A program made the translations under genes and the position numbers. Of a stretch of DNA of 32,000 nucleotides, positions 16,764 to 26,063 are shown piece after piece. The notes under the pieces were generated by a model that was not told the origin of the DNA, did no database searches, and saw only the letters and a program-made list of their open reading frames with translations. This stretch comes from an uncultured Opitutales bacterium (GTDB lineage: Bacteria > Verrucomicrobiota > Verrucomicrobiia > Opitutales > Intestinicryptomonadaceae): positions 30,001 through 62,000 of the forward strand of contig CAKUIA010000007.1 of assembly GCA_934660865.1 (NCBI GenBank), written 5' to 3'. The first letter of the stretch is position 1; the number at the start of each line of letters is the position of its first letter.

Positions 16764-18038
16764 CTACAATTCGCCTATCGCCTGCGAAACTATATCGCAC
16801 GCCTTGTCCAAAGTGTCGTCCGAGCACGAAAGCGACATAAACATACACTCGAAAGCCGATGGGGCAAAATACAAGCCCTTTTGCAGGCATTTGTGGAAAA
16901 GCCTTGCGTAAAGCGCGCTGTCCGACTTTACCGCGTCCTTAAAATTATAAACTTCTTGCCCGGTAAAGAATACAGACATTAAAGAATCAACATGGTGCAC
17001 TTGGGCGGCTATGCCCTTTTTAGCCAATGCGTCTTTAAAGCATTGCGCAAATTTTGCGGTGTTTTCGGCCAAGGTTTTGTAGGGGCAAATTTCGTCGACA
17101 AGCTTTAAAGACGCAATGCCCGCCGCCATGCAAACGGGGTTGCCGCTTAAAGTTCCCGCCTGGTAGACGTCGCCTAGGGGCGAAAGCCTTTGCATAATTT
17201 CGCGTTTGCCGCAAAATGCGCCTACGGGCAGCCCGCCGCCAATGATTTTGCCCAAAGTTGTAATGTCGGGCAAAACTCCCGTTTTGCGCTGCGCGCCGCC
17301 CTCGCCAAGCCTAAAGCCCGTAATAACTTCGTCGAAAATCAAAAGCGCGCCGTATTTTGTGCAGATTTGCCTTAGCGACTCCAAAAAACCGGGCTTGGGC
17401 AAAATCAAGCCGCAGTTTGCGGGGAAAGGCTCTAAAATTACCGCCGCAATTTCGTTGCCGAACTTTTCAAAAGTTTCTTTAACCTGTTCGATATCGTTAT
17501 AGTCTAAAACTATGGTAAGCTTTGCCAGGTCTTGCGGAATGCCCGCCGAATCGGGGCTGCCGAATGTCAACGCGCCGGAACCCGCCTTAACCAAAAGGCT
17601 GTCGGTATGGCCGTGGTAGCAGCCCTCGAATTTCACAATCTTGTCGCGCTTTGTATAGCCGCGGGCAAGCCTTACCGCGCTCATTGTAGCTTCCGTGCCC
17701 GAATTTACCATTCTTACCATTTCGGCGCTGTCTATTTTCGAGCATATAATTTCGGCAATTTCAACCTCGGCTGCGCTGGGAGTGCCGAAGCTTGTGCCGT
17801 TTTGCACGGCGTCCAAAATAGCCTGTCTGATTTTCGGGTGGTTGTGCCCGAAAAGCGCGGGGCCCCAGGTAGACACAAAGTCTATTAAAGTTGCGTTGTC
17901 TTGCGTATACAAAAACGCCTTGTCGGCCTTTTTTGTAAAAAAGGGAATGCCACCTACGCCCCTAAAAGCCCTTACGGGAGAATTTACCCCACCGGGGATA
18001 AGCTTTAAGGCCTTTTCGAAAAGTTCTTTGGAATTCAT
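16764..18038 (-). CDS. hemL: glutamate-1-semialdehyde 2,1-aminomutase
   Basis: The 424-aa protein has LIPGGVNSPVRAF, a class-III aminotransferase layout and the PLP-lysine context DITTLGKIIGGGLPVGAF. Confidence 0.95.
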   Translation of the reverse strand: MNSKELFEKALKLIPGGVNSPVRAFRGVGGIPFFTKKADKAFLYTQDNATLIDFVSTWGPALFGHNHPKIRQAILDAVQNGTSFGTPSAAEVEIAEIICSKIDSAEMVRMVNSGTEATMSAVRLARGYTKRDKIVKFEGCYHGHTDSLLVKAGSGALTFGSPDSAGIPQDLAKLTIVLDYNDIEQVKETFEKFGNEIAAVILEPFPANCGLILPKPGFLESLRQICTKYGALLIFDEVITGFRLGEGGAQRKTGVLPDITTLGKIIGGGLPVGAFCGKREIMQRLSPLGDVYQAGTLSGNPVCMAAGIASLKLVDEICPYKTLAENTAKFAQCFKDALAKKGIAAQVHHVDSLMSVFFTGQEVYNFKDAVKSDSALYARLFHKCLQKGLYFAPSAFECMFMSLSCSDDTLDKACDIVSQAIGEL

Positions 18039-19657
18039 AAATTTGCCTCGAATACCACGGGAACGCGCCTGCCCAAGCCGAAAGGCATTTCGCTTACAAC
18101 CGCAACTATTGCGCCCTGCCTGCGTTTAAACTCGTTGCGCAACACCTTTTTTGCTATGTCGGCAACAAAATCTACGCTTAAATCCAGCGTTTTTGCAATA
18201 TATTCAACAGGCTTTTCGCCCTCGATATACAATTTTAAAATTGCGTCCAAAGTGTCGTAGTCGGGCAGCGAGTCGGAATCTTTTTGGTTGGGGCGCAACT
18301 CCGCCGAAGGGGGTTTGTCTATCGTATTTTGTGGGATAATTTCGCCGTTTTTGTTTATCTCTTTTGCCAGGCGGTATACGTCGGTTTTGTAGACATCGGC
18401 AATGGGGGCAAAAGAGCCGCACATATCTCCGTAAAGGGTGCAATAGCCTACGGCGCATTCGCTTTTATTGCCCGTAGTTAGCAGCATGCCGCCGAATTTG
18501 TTCGAAACGGCCATTAAAATGCTGCCCCTTGCCCTTGCCTGCAAATTTTCTTCGGCAACCGAAGGCGGCAGGTTTGCAAACAAATCCTTTAATGCGTCGG
18601 AAAACGCCGAAACGGGTTTGGCAATTTCAACCGTGTGAAATTCTATGCCCAGGTTTTGCGCCAAACTTTTGGCGTCAGACTTGCTGTGCCCGCTCGAAAT
18701 GCTTGACGGCAGCGAAATGCCCATAACGTTTTCCTTCGACAGAGCCTCGACCGCCAACGCGGCCACAACGGCGGAATCTATGCCGCCGCTTAGCCCCAAA
18801 AGCGCCTTTTTAAAGCCGCTTTTTTTAACAAAGTCGCGTATGGCCATAACAAGGGCGTTTTTTAAGTCGCCCATATTCGGGGCTTTAAATTCCGTTTCGG
18901 GCAAATCACCAAAAATGTCTACAACGACATTGTCTTCTTCAAAACTTTTAAGCTGGCAAATGCGCGCACCCTTTGCCGAGTATGCGCAGCTTGCACCGTC
19001 TAAAACGGCCTCGTCGTTGCCGCCAACTAGATTGCAAAAAACAAGGGGCTTTTGCGTGCCTTTTGCTGTACTGCGCAAAAGCTTTTCGCGCAATACCGCA
19101 TTTTGCATGGAAAACAGCGAAGCCGAAATGTTGATAACACAGTCTGAATCGGCAACAAAATCTATCGGAAAGGGTTTTTTATAGTTCTTTGCGCCCGACA
19201 GAAAATCGGCAGTCCAAATATCCTCGCAAATTGTTACGGCAAATTTTTTGCCCATAAACTCGAAAATATTGGGCTTTCTTTCGCCCGAAGCGAAAATGCG
19301 GGGCTCGTCGAACGCGCCGTAGTTGCAAAGCAAAATTTTGTCGGCAACCTTTTCGGGCGTGCCGTTGCGCAAAAAGTAGGCGCTATTGTACACGTTGCCG
19401 TTTTCGGCCCTGGGGCACCCTACAAGCGCGGGCAACGCAATTTCGCGCGCTAGCCCCGCAAGCGCTTCTTGGCATTTTTGCACATAATACGGGCGCTTTA
19501 GCCAGTCTTTGGGGCTGTATCCGCAAAGCGAAAGCTCGGGCAATACCGCAAAAGCGGCGCCTGTTTCTTTTAGCTGCAAACAGGCTTTTTTTATTTTTTC
19601 GGCGTTGTTTGCAAAGTCGCCTATTTTTGTGTTTATTTGTGCTATGCCTATTTTCAT
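18035..19657 (-). CDS. nadE: glutamine-dependent NAD+ synthetase
   Basis: I prefer the ATG at 19657 (MKIGIAQINTKIGDF). The protein has an N-terminal CN-hydrolase domain (LPELSLCGY, AVTICEDIW) and a C-terminal PP-loop LGLSGGIDSAVVAALA. Its stop overlaps the hemL start (ATGA). Confidence 0.9.
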   Translation of the reverse strand: MKIGIAQINTKIGDFANNAEKIKKACLQLKETGAAFAVLPELSLCGYSPKDWLKRPYYVQKCQEALAGLAREIALPALVGCPRAENGNVYNSAYFLRNGTPEKVADKILLCNYGAFDEPRIFASGERKPNIFEFMGKKFAVTICEDIWTADFLSGAKNYKKPFPIDFVADSDCVINISASLFSMQNAVLREKLLRSTAKGTQKPLVFCNLVGGNDEAVLDGASCAYSAKGARICQLKSFEEDNVVVDIFGDLPETEFKAPNMGDLKNALVMAIRDFVKKSGFKKALLGLSGGIDSAVVAALAVEALSKENVMGISLPSSISSGHSKSDAKSLAQNLGIEFHTVEIAKPVSAFSDALKDLFANLPPSVAEENLQARARGSILMAVSNKFGGMLLTTGNKSECAVGYCTLYGDMCGSFAPIADVYKTDVYRLAKEINKNGEIIPQNTIDKPPSAELRPNQKDSDSLPDYDTLDAILKLYIEGEKPVEYIAKTLDLSVDFVADIAKKVLRNEFKRRQGAIVAVVSEMPFGLGRRVPVVFEANL

Positions 19658-19761
19658 TTTACGGAATACGAATTTGCGCCATATACATAGATAGGTCAAG
19701 AGATAAAAGGTTTTTTAACCGCGCATTTTGCGCCCCGCAAAAACCGGAAAGGCAAAGGGCG

Positions 19762-19803
19762 AAAAAAAAGCAAAAGCCCCGGCCGAACGGCGGGGGCTTT
19801 TGC
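19762..19803 (-). terminator. rho-independent terminator after the TPR gene
   Basis: An 11-bp stem GCAAAAGCCCC (19770-19780) pairs with GGGGCTTTTGC (19793-19803). On the - strand it is followed by a U8 run (A-run 19762-19769 on +). Confidence 0.75.
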
Positions 19804-19813
19804 AGGCATAAAA

Positions 19814-21250
19814 CTATTTGTTTTTGTTTTCGTAGTAGGCGTTGATTTTCTTTGCCACGTCTTTGTAGTTGATATCTACCGCGTAGATTTCCTTGTACTC
19901 GGAAATGGCGTCGTCTACCTTGCCCATAAGCTCGTAAACCTTGCCCAATTCGTAGATAATGTCCTTCTTTTGGTCGGTGAAAATCTTGATTTCGCTTTTC
20001 GCAAGCTTAAGCTGGTCGACCGCCATATCGTATTTTTTGCCGGCAACAAACGCCATGCCCAAGCCCAACAACGACTGCGAACGCACTTTCGGGCTTTTTT
20101 GCGAAACCTGGAACTGCGCAATAGCGTCGTCCATACGGCCTTCTTCGTACAGCAAATTGCCGTATATATAGCGGTAGGTAAAGTCGTTGGGGTAGCGTTC
20201 CACCATGGTCTTTGCAGTTTCAAGCTTAAACGCGTGCAGCTTCGACTTAAGTTCGGCCAAAGCCTTCGATTTTTGCCCGTCGGGATTTTGGTCGATGTCG
20301 GCCTGCAGGGCTGCAATCTGCTTTTCGCTGTCGAGCACAAACAAGTCGGCGTAAAGCTTTTCAAGCGAAGAGTCGGCCTGGCCCATGGGCTGCTGGCGCG
20401 CCTTTGCCAAAACTTCCAAAGCCCTGCCGTATTCTTTTAGCCCCTTTAAGTTTGTGATAATTTCCTTATACAAATTGATGTTTTCGGGGTCTTTTTCAAC
20501 CTCGGCCGAAAGCTTTTCGACATTGTGACGCATGGATTCTTCGTCGTTGACAAGCCTTGTTTCCTTTTCGCGCTCGGCGGCCTCGTCGGCGCCCTTAAGG
20601 TTGTCCCTAAAGCTGCCCGTCTTGGATTCCTTCCACTTGTCCGACATCGTTTTTACAACGCTTGCCGAGCGCATAATCGCCTGCGCGTCGCCGTTGCCGG
20701 GGCTTACCCTTAAAATTCTTTCGCCAACCTTAATGGCTTCGTCGGGCTGCAGAGCCTTAATCAGGGCATTGCCCAAAGCCACATACGAAGCCATATCCTT
20801 GGGGTTAAAGTCTACAACGTCTTCCCAAAATACAACGGCTGTCGGCCAATATTCCAAACTTTCGGCGGCAATGGCTGCCGATTTGGAAACCAGCTTGTTG
20901 TCGGGGTATTTCGCCAACTCCCTTTCGGCTGCCGCAATAATGTCGAGCTGGGCGTTTTTCTTCATAAGCGATGCCGCCTTTGCCGCAAAGAACAAGCCGC
21001 CAATTTGCGCCGAAATCTTTTTAACGGGGTTGCCCTTGCCCATTTTGTTGAGCTCGGCCCTGTGCAAAACTTTGCGCACTGCCGAACAGGCGGGGGCTTT
21101 TGTCAAAATACCCATGCAAACGTCTATTGCATATTCGGGGTTGCCCTTGTCGATTGATTTTTCCGCGGCTTCAAGCTGTTTTATAAGGCGCGGGTCCAGC
21201 GTATTTTTATCGGTATCTACAAATGGGGGTTTTTCTGTTTCTTCTGCCAT
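19814..21250 (-). CDS. tetratricopeptide (TPR) repeat protein
   Basis: The 478-aa all-helical protein has several TPR-like units (e.g. YVALGNALIKALQPDEAIKVGERIL and YIYGNLLYEEGRMDDAIAQFQ). It has its own AT-rich upstream region and a terminator. Confidence 0.75.
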   Translation of the reverse strand: MAEETEKPPFVDTDKNTLDPRLIKQLEAAEKSIDKGNPEYAIDVCMGILTKAPACSAVRKVLHRAELNKMGKGNPVKKISAQIGGLFFAAKAASLMKKNAQLDIIAAAERELAKYPDNKLVSKSAAIAAESLEYWPTAVVFWEDVVDFNPKDMASYVALGNALIKALQPDEAIKVGERILRVSPGNGDAQAIMRSASVVKTMSDKWKESKTGSFRDNLKGADEAAEREKETRLVNDEESMRHNVEKLSAEVEKDPENINLYKEIITNLKGLKEYGRALEVLAKARQQPMGQADSSLEKLYADLFVLDSEKQIAALQADIDQNPDGQKSKALAELKSKLHAFKLETAKTMVERYPNDFTYRYIYGNLLYEEGRMDDAIAQFQVSQKSPKVRSQSLLGLGMAFVAGKKYDMAVDQLKLAKSEIKIFTDQKKDIIYELGKVYELMGKVDDAISEYKEIYAVDINYKDVAKKINAYYENKNK

Positions 21251-21320
21251 GGTGTTGTATTTGTATGTAAATATTGGGTAAATGTTATAAAGATATTCGT
21301 ATGCTAAACTTTATTTCGGT

Positions 21321-22634
21321 TTACTGCAAGTCATTTTCAACCGACTTTTCCAAAATCTCCATGCACTGCCGGTTTGTTTCGGGGTTTTTGCCCTCTACAA
21401 GCAGCCTTATCTTGTTTTCGGTACCCGAATAGCGAACCAAAATTCTGCCGTCTTTGCCGAGTTTTTCGGTACAAGCCTGCATTGCGCCGTTAAGCGTTTT
21501 TGTCTGTTCAAACGGGGTTTTGCGGGCAACTTTAATCGCCTTCGAAACGCTGTCGAACATATCCACAATCTTTTTGGATTTGGAAAGCGGCTGTTTTTGG
21601 CCGAGAACAAGCGACAAAACCTTTAGGGCCGCCGCCAAACCGTCGCCGCAGGGCGAAATGTCCTTGAAAATAAAGTGCCCCGAATTTTCGCCGCCTATCT
21701 TGCAGTTTTCGCTTTCCATAAGCTGGGCTACAAGCCTGTCGCCGACGCCAGAGCGGAACACCTTTATGTTGTGCTTTTCAAGCGAGCTGTCCAACCCCAA
21801 ATTGCTTTGCACGGTTGTAACTATTTTGCCGCCCCTTTCGCCGTATTCGCTTACGGCAATCATTGCCATTATCTCTTCGCCCGGAATTACGCCGCCTAAA
21901 TCGTCGCAAACGACAAGGCGGTCGCCGTCGCCGTCGTGGGCAAAGCCTATGGCGCAGTTGGCGCTTTTTGTAAGCTCTGCAATCTTTTCGGGGTGCTGGC
22001 TGCCTATGTTGTCGTTAATATTTTTGCCGTCGGGCGAAACGCCTATTGCGGTAATGCAGGCACCGTACATTTCCAATACGGGCTTTGTGGTGCAATAGGT
22101 AGCCCCGTTTGCGCAGTCTAGCGCTATTTTTACGCCCTTTAGGCAGTCTTTGGGCAAAATAGACGCCATTTTTGCTATGTAGGCGGTTCGGGCATCGGCC
22201 GCTTCGATTTTTGCGCAACCCTCTGCAAAGCGGTTTTCGTCTACATACTGCTCTATCTTGTTTTGGGCTTCGTCCGAAATCTTTTTGGCGCGGTTGTCGA
22301 AAAACTTTATGCCGTTGTCGGTATATGGATTGTGCGAGGCGGTTATTACAACGCCCAAATCGCAACCGAAATGCAGAACGCCGTATGCTATTGCAGGAGT
22401 GGGCACTACGCCGAAGTCCAAAACCCGGCTTTTCCCCAAGCCCCGGCAAAAGGCCGCCTTAAGCTCGTCTTTCGAAAACCTGGTATCGCTTCCTATGGCA
22501 ATTTTCGGGTTTTCCAATTTTAGGTCGCAGCTTAGATATGCGCCCACGGCCCTTCCCAATTTTTCGAAAAATTCGGCGCAAACATACTCCGAGCCGAAAG
22601 TTCCCCTAACACCGTCTGTTCCAAAATATTTCAT
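21321..22634 (-). CDS. glmM: phosphoglucosamine mutase
   Basis: It has MKYFGTDGVRG, the phosphoserine loop VITASHNPYTDNGIKFF and the metal loop GFAHDGDGDRL. The length is 437 aa. Confidence 0.9.
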   Translation of the reverse strand: MKYFGTDGVRGTFGSEYVCAEFFEKLGRAVGAYLSCDLKLENPKIAIGSDTRFSKDELKAAFCRGLGKSRVLDFGVVPTPAIAYGVLHFGCDLGVVITASHNPYTDNGIKFFDNRAKKISDEAQNKIEQYVDENRFAEGCAKIEAADARTAYIAKMASILPKDCLKGVKIALDCANGATYCTTKPVLEMYGACITAIGVSPDGKNINDNIGSQHPEKIAELTKSANCAIGFAHDGDGDRLVVCDDLGGVIPGEEIMAMIAVSEYGERGGKIVTTVQSNLGLDSSLEKHNIKVFRSGVGDRLVAQLMESENCKIGGENSGHFIFKDISPCGDGLAAALKVLSLVLGQKQPLSKSKKIVDMFDSVSKAIKVARKTPFEQTKTLNGAMQACTEKLGKDGRILVRYSGTENKIRLLVEGKNPETNRQCMEILEKSVENDLQ

Positions 22635-22646
22635 ATTCTTAAAAAA

Positions 22647-22883
22647 TTACATATCGGGCATATTTTCGCGCAGAATGTCGCCAAGCTCTTTCGGCGAAAC
22701 CGTCTCCAAAGCCTTGCCCTTGCGCTTTAAAGTTTCCATTGTTTTTATGGCGGTTTCGCTCATGGCTTCGTGCACCTCTTCGGTGCCGCCTACAATCGAA
22801 AAATTGTCGGCCTGCGTTATGCGCTTTTCGCCGTCGCTTTCCAAGGCAACCCCTATTAAATGAGCTTTTTTCCTGGGTATCAT
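22647..22883 (-). CDS. small conserved-looking hypothetical protein (78 aa)
   Basis: Its start overlaps the scpA stop (ATGA). The sequence is HLIGVALESDGEKRITQADNFSIVGGTEEVHEAMSE followed by a helical tail. I cannot name a family. Confidence 0.5.
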   Translation of the reverse strand: MIPRKKAHLIGVALESDGEKRITQADNFSIVGGTEEVHEAMSETAIKTMETLKRKGKALETVSPKELGDILRENMPDM

Positions 22884-23698
22884 AGCGTTTTGTCGGCGTT
22901 TTCAAGCACCGATTCCAAAGAGCGTGCGTCGGGCAAAACCTCGCAGTCTATGTCGTCGAAAGCCCTGTTTTGCGAAATCGCCAGTTTTTTAAGCCTGCAC
23001 AATTCAAGCACGGCAATCAGCGTCGAAACAATATACATATACGAGCGCGGCGAGTCCTCGAAAAGGCTGCCGAACGTAAACTTCTTTTTGTCGAGCCTTA
23101 AAATATATTCCATTCGGTCGGTAACGGTTACCAACTCGTCCTTAATTTCGCCCTTAACAAGGCTTTCGGCCAAACGCCTCAGCACAAGGTTAAATGTGTT
23201 CCATATTTCTATTCTGTCGGAGCTAGACAGCGGGCGCTCGGCGTCGGACAGGTCGTTTTCGTAGCAGTTGCGCTGCATGCAAAGCTGGCGCGCCCTTATC
23301 AAATCGTCCAAATCGTAGGCGGCCTGCTTTACCTTTTTATATTCCAAAAGCTGCTCTACAAGCTCCCACCTCGGGTCCGAAGGCTCGTCTTGCCCGTCGT
23401 CCAAAACGGCGGTTTCGTCGGTAGGCAAAAGCATTCGGCTTTTTATGTACATCAAAGTTGCCGCCATCACAAAAAATTCGCCCGCCAAATCCAAATTAAG
23501 CTTTTCCATAGACTTTAGCACCGCCAAATACTGCGCAGTTACGCTTTCTATGGGAATGTCGTATATGTCTATTTCGTTTTTTCGTATAAGGAACAAAAGC
23601 AAATCCAAAGGGCCTTCGAACACGGGCAATTTCACCGAAATGTCGTCGGAGGCAAAAAGCAGGGAATCCTGCACGGGTTCTTTCGGAGCGCTTTCCAT
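22880..23698 (-). CDS. scpA: segregation and condensation protein A (SMC kleisin)
   Basis: The N-terminal VFEGPLDLLLFLIRKNEIDIYDIPI signature and the 272-aa length match the ScpA layout. Confidence 0.85.
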   Translation of the reverse strand: MESAPKEPVQDSLLFASDDISVKLPVFEGPLDLLLFLIRKNEIDIYDIPIESVTAQYLAVLKSMEKLNLDLAGEFFVMAATLMYIKSRMLLPTDETAVLDDGQDEPSDPRWELVEQLLEYKKVKQAAYDLDDLIRARQLCMQRNCYENDLSDAERPLSSSDRIEIWNTFNLVLRRLAESLVKGEIKDELVTVTDRMEYILRLDKKKFTFGSLFEDSPRSYMYIVSTLIAVLELCRLKKLAISQNRAFDDIDCEVLPDARSLESVLENADKTL

Positions 23699-23704
23699 AC
23701 AAAA

Positions 23705-25984
23705 CTAGAATGTAACCAATTCGAGGTTTACGCCGAACGAAAAACCGTCGGAGCGCGTAGCTCCGCTTCGCACGGTAATATAGTATTCAACTATCCAGCC
23801 GTTGCCCACCCTTGTTTGCAATGCGTAAATTTGCTCGGTAATTTTCGACAGCCTTGCGTCGTAGCGCCACCTGCCCCAAACCTTGTAGTTTTGGGTTATC
23901 TTGTATTCCAAATCAAGCCAGTACTGGCTTATTTGCCCCTCCATATAGTTGGTTATAAGCTGAACTGCAAAAGCGTCGCCGTCCATAAGCCTTATGTAGT
24001 AGTCGGCCTGGTTAAAGTAGCCCTCTTTTACGTCGGTTCTGGTATAAAGCCCCGTTTGTATCCACTCGGCAGGATACAAATCAAAGCCCGCAAACAAGTC
24101 CGAATAGTTGCGCATTTTGCGGGTGTATCCGTACGAATTTACATATGTGGGCTGGTCTTTAAAATTAAAGTCTTGAAACACGTTTAAAGACGCGATTTTG
24201 CGCGAACCGTAGCCCGAAGCCCTGGTATAGAACGCATTTTCCACTCCCGCCCTTAAGGTGCTTGTGTCGTATAGGTTGTCTACGTCCCGGCTAAGCCCCA
24301 AGTCCAGAATAGACGGCATTGTCGAAAACACGTTTCTGTCTATCATGGGAATTCTGTTTGCGCCCTGCGAAGCTTTGGGAATGTATCTATACTGCAAAAT
24401 CGGACGCAGGTTGTGCCTAAAGCCGTCTATGTCGAGGCTGTCGCTTTTAAATTCCCATGTGCCCCACGCATTCATGTCGGCGTCGAAACCTATTTGGCCG
24501 AGCATTCTCACATAGTTCGAATCGCCCGTCATGGTGTTGTTGTAGTAGGTAAGCCTGCCGCCCATAACGGGCGTAAACGAGCTCCACGAAGTAAGGGCAA
24601 AGGGGCGGTCTATGCCGTAGTAGGCGTCTATGCGGTCGCTGTCTATATAGCGGCCGTATATGCTGTTGGAAAACTCCCTTAAGTGCACGGCGTTCGCATA
24701 AAATGTATGGTTTATGCCCGTTTGCGCAATCTGCACGGGCTGCCTAAAAAAGCTTATTTCGGGCAAGCGCTGCTGGGTTTGAACCCAGTCGTTGGGGGCA
24801 AACCTTGTAAACAAATTGGCCGAATATGTCTCGCCGAAATATGTTGCCTGGACAAAGTTGTCGGGAATCTGGTTTTCGTTAAACAGGCGCGGGCGAAAGT
24901 CTCTTAAAGTTTCCGAGTCTTTCCACCAATTAAGGTAGCCTGTAAGTTCTATATTGTCGTTTACAGTCTGCTTATGACGCCAGTCTATGAAATAGCGGTT
25001 TGCCCCTATCGGGCGGTTTAAAATGTCGTAGCCCAAATCGCTTTTCGAGCCGGTATCGTATATATAACCCGTGTTTAGCGAGCCCGTTATTTTCGTGTTT
25101 GCGCCCGAATATTCGTACTCTCCCGCTGGGCCAATCAATACCGAACGCGAAGTGTAAAAGTCGAAATTTCCGCCGTAGTGGACAATTTCAGAACCCGTAT
25201 AAATTACGGTGTTTCGCCCGTAAAGACCGTAGTCGCCGTTGTAGCCGTAGTCCAGCTCAACCTTAAAGGGGGGCTTGCGCGGGTGCTGCTGCTCGAAGTG
25301 CGAAACATTCATAAACGGCAAGGAACCCAAACAAAAGTCTATGTCGTCCATATAAACGGTGTCGCTTTCGGCGTCGTAGCTAAACGATTTTGCCCTAGCC
25401 GACAACGAGGCAAACGCAGGCTCGTTAAAATAAACGGTGCTTTCCTTTGCCGAAACATTCTTTTTGTCGCCCTTTACGTCTTTAGATTCGGCGTAAACCG
25501 GGTATGTGCCTATTCTTAAATATTCGCTCGAAAACGCGTTGTCGGCAACGTTCATATCGGCGGCGGGGCTTGCAAGCCTAAAAAACCTGGTGTTTGCGCG
25601 AACGTCGCCCTCTAAATGCGCAAAGCCCGTGTTTTGGTTGTACTGTATCTTGTCGGCTTCAAGCTCGAATTCCCTGTCGCTGATTTTCGCGTTTTTTTTC
25701 GCGGTTAAAACGCCCGTTTTTTCGTCGTAAACAATGGGCTCGTCGGCCTGAAGCTGCGGCATTGCGCCTTTGTAAAGGTCCAATATCGAGTTCTTTTTGG
25801 CGGCACTGTTTTTCTTTACCGAAAGTTTGGTTTTAAGATTTTCGGTTGCCTCGTCGTTTACGGGAACTTTTATGGAAAGGTCTTTGTCGGCGCCATCGTC
25901 TGCGTTTTGCAACGCCGCCCCCGAAAGGGGCGCAAACGCCAAAAGAGCCGCAAAAAGCGGATATTCTATATTTTTAAAATTCAC
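23705..25984 (-). CDS. LptD/OstA-like outer-membrane beta-barrel protein
   Basis: I propose a GTG start at 25984, giving MNFKNIEYPLFAALLAFAPLSGAALQ (a signal peptide). TTG codons at 26041/26047 are alternatives. The N-terminal part is OstA-like (ELEADKIQYNQNTGFAHLEGDVRANT), followed by a long Y/G/N/D-rich beta-barrel region ending in an aromatic residue (LVTF). Confidence 0.55.
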   Translation of the reverse strand: MNFKNIEYPLFAALLAFAPLSGAALQNADDGADKDLSIKVPVNDEATENLKTKLSVKKNSAAKKNSILDLYKGAMPQLQADEPIVYDEKTGVLTAKKNAKISDREFELEADKIQYNQNTGFAHLEGDVRANTRFFRLASPAADMNVADNAFSSEYLRIGTYPVYAESKDVKGDKKNVSAKESTVYFNEPAFASLSARAKSFSYDAESDTVYMDDIDFCLGSLPFMNVSHFEQQHPRKPPFKVELDYGYNGDYGLYGRNTVIYTGSEIVHYGGNFDFYTSRSVLIGPAGEYEYSGANTKITGSLNTGYIYDTGSKSDLGYDILNRPIGANRYFIDWRHKQTVNDNIELTGYLNWWKDSETLRDFRPRLFNENQIPDNFVQATYFGETYSANLFTRFAPNDWVQTQQRLPEISFFRQPVQIAQTGINHTFYANAVHLREFSNSIYGRYIDSDRIDAYYGIDRPFALTSWSSFTPVMGGRLTYYNNTMTGDSNYVRMLGQIGFDADMNAWGTWEFKSDSLDIDGFRHNLRPILQYRYIPKASQGANRIPMIDRNVFSTMPSILDLGLSRDVDNLYDTSTLRAGVENAFYTRASGYGSRKIASLNVFQDFNFKDQPTYVNSYGYTRKMRNYSDLFAGFDLYPAEWIQTGLYTRTDVKEGYFNQADYYIRLMDGDAFAVQLITNYMEGQISQYWLDLEYKITQNYKVWGRWRYDARLSKITEQIYALQTRVGNGWIVEYYITVRSGATRSDGFSFGVNLELVTF

Positions 25985-26063
25985 GGCATTATAATTAACA
26001 TAACCAAATGGCTCTACAAGCTTTTTTTTAGGTCGGGGCAATCGCAAAAATGGAAAGAAGCTG

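Noticed and set aside
16753-16890. N-terminal extensions given by the longest-ORF rule: 16753-16890, 19658-19699, 25985-26233, 8600-8629, 30805-30834, 30876-30935, 1525-1611 and 4084-4194.
   Set aside because: The extensions overlap the upstream gene or add non-signal-like residues ahead of an obvious signal peptide or conserved N-terminus. Internal ATG or GTG starts give canonical N-termini and sensible gene spacing.
19658-19813. The 156-nt intergenic region upstream of nadE, considered as a possible riboswitch, tRNA or small ORF. A 37-codon ORF runs through it on the - strand.
   Set aside because: Most of it is accounted for by the TPR-gene terminator. The small ORF reads straight through the terminator stem and T-run. 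I could draw no cloverleaf or known riboswitch core. TTGACC at 19694-19699 (-) may be a -35 element, but the matching -10 (CAAATT) is poor.
20532-21281. Long antisense ORFs in the track. Examples are 249 aa opposite the TPR gene, 214 aa at 21454-22098 opposite glmM, 230 aa at 30920-31612 opposite the EF-hand gene, 177 aa at 9790-10323 opposite the RND pump, 180 aa at 14009-14551, 179 aa at 18645-19184 and 156 aa at 3174-3644.
   Set aside because: Each lies opposite a gene with strong family motifs. Their translations are low-complexity (S/L/A/R/F-rich, or poly-G opposite poly-P) with no motifs or start-site context. The codon usage of this genome leaves antisense frames poor in stops, so long shadow ORFs are expected.
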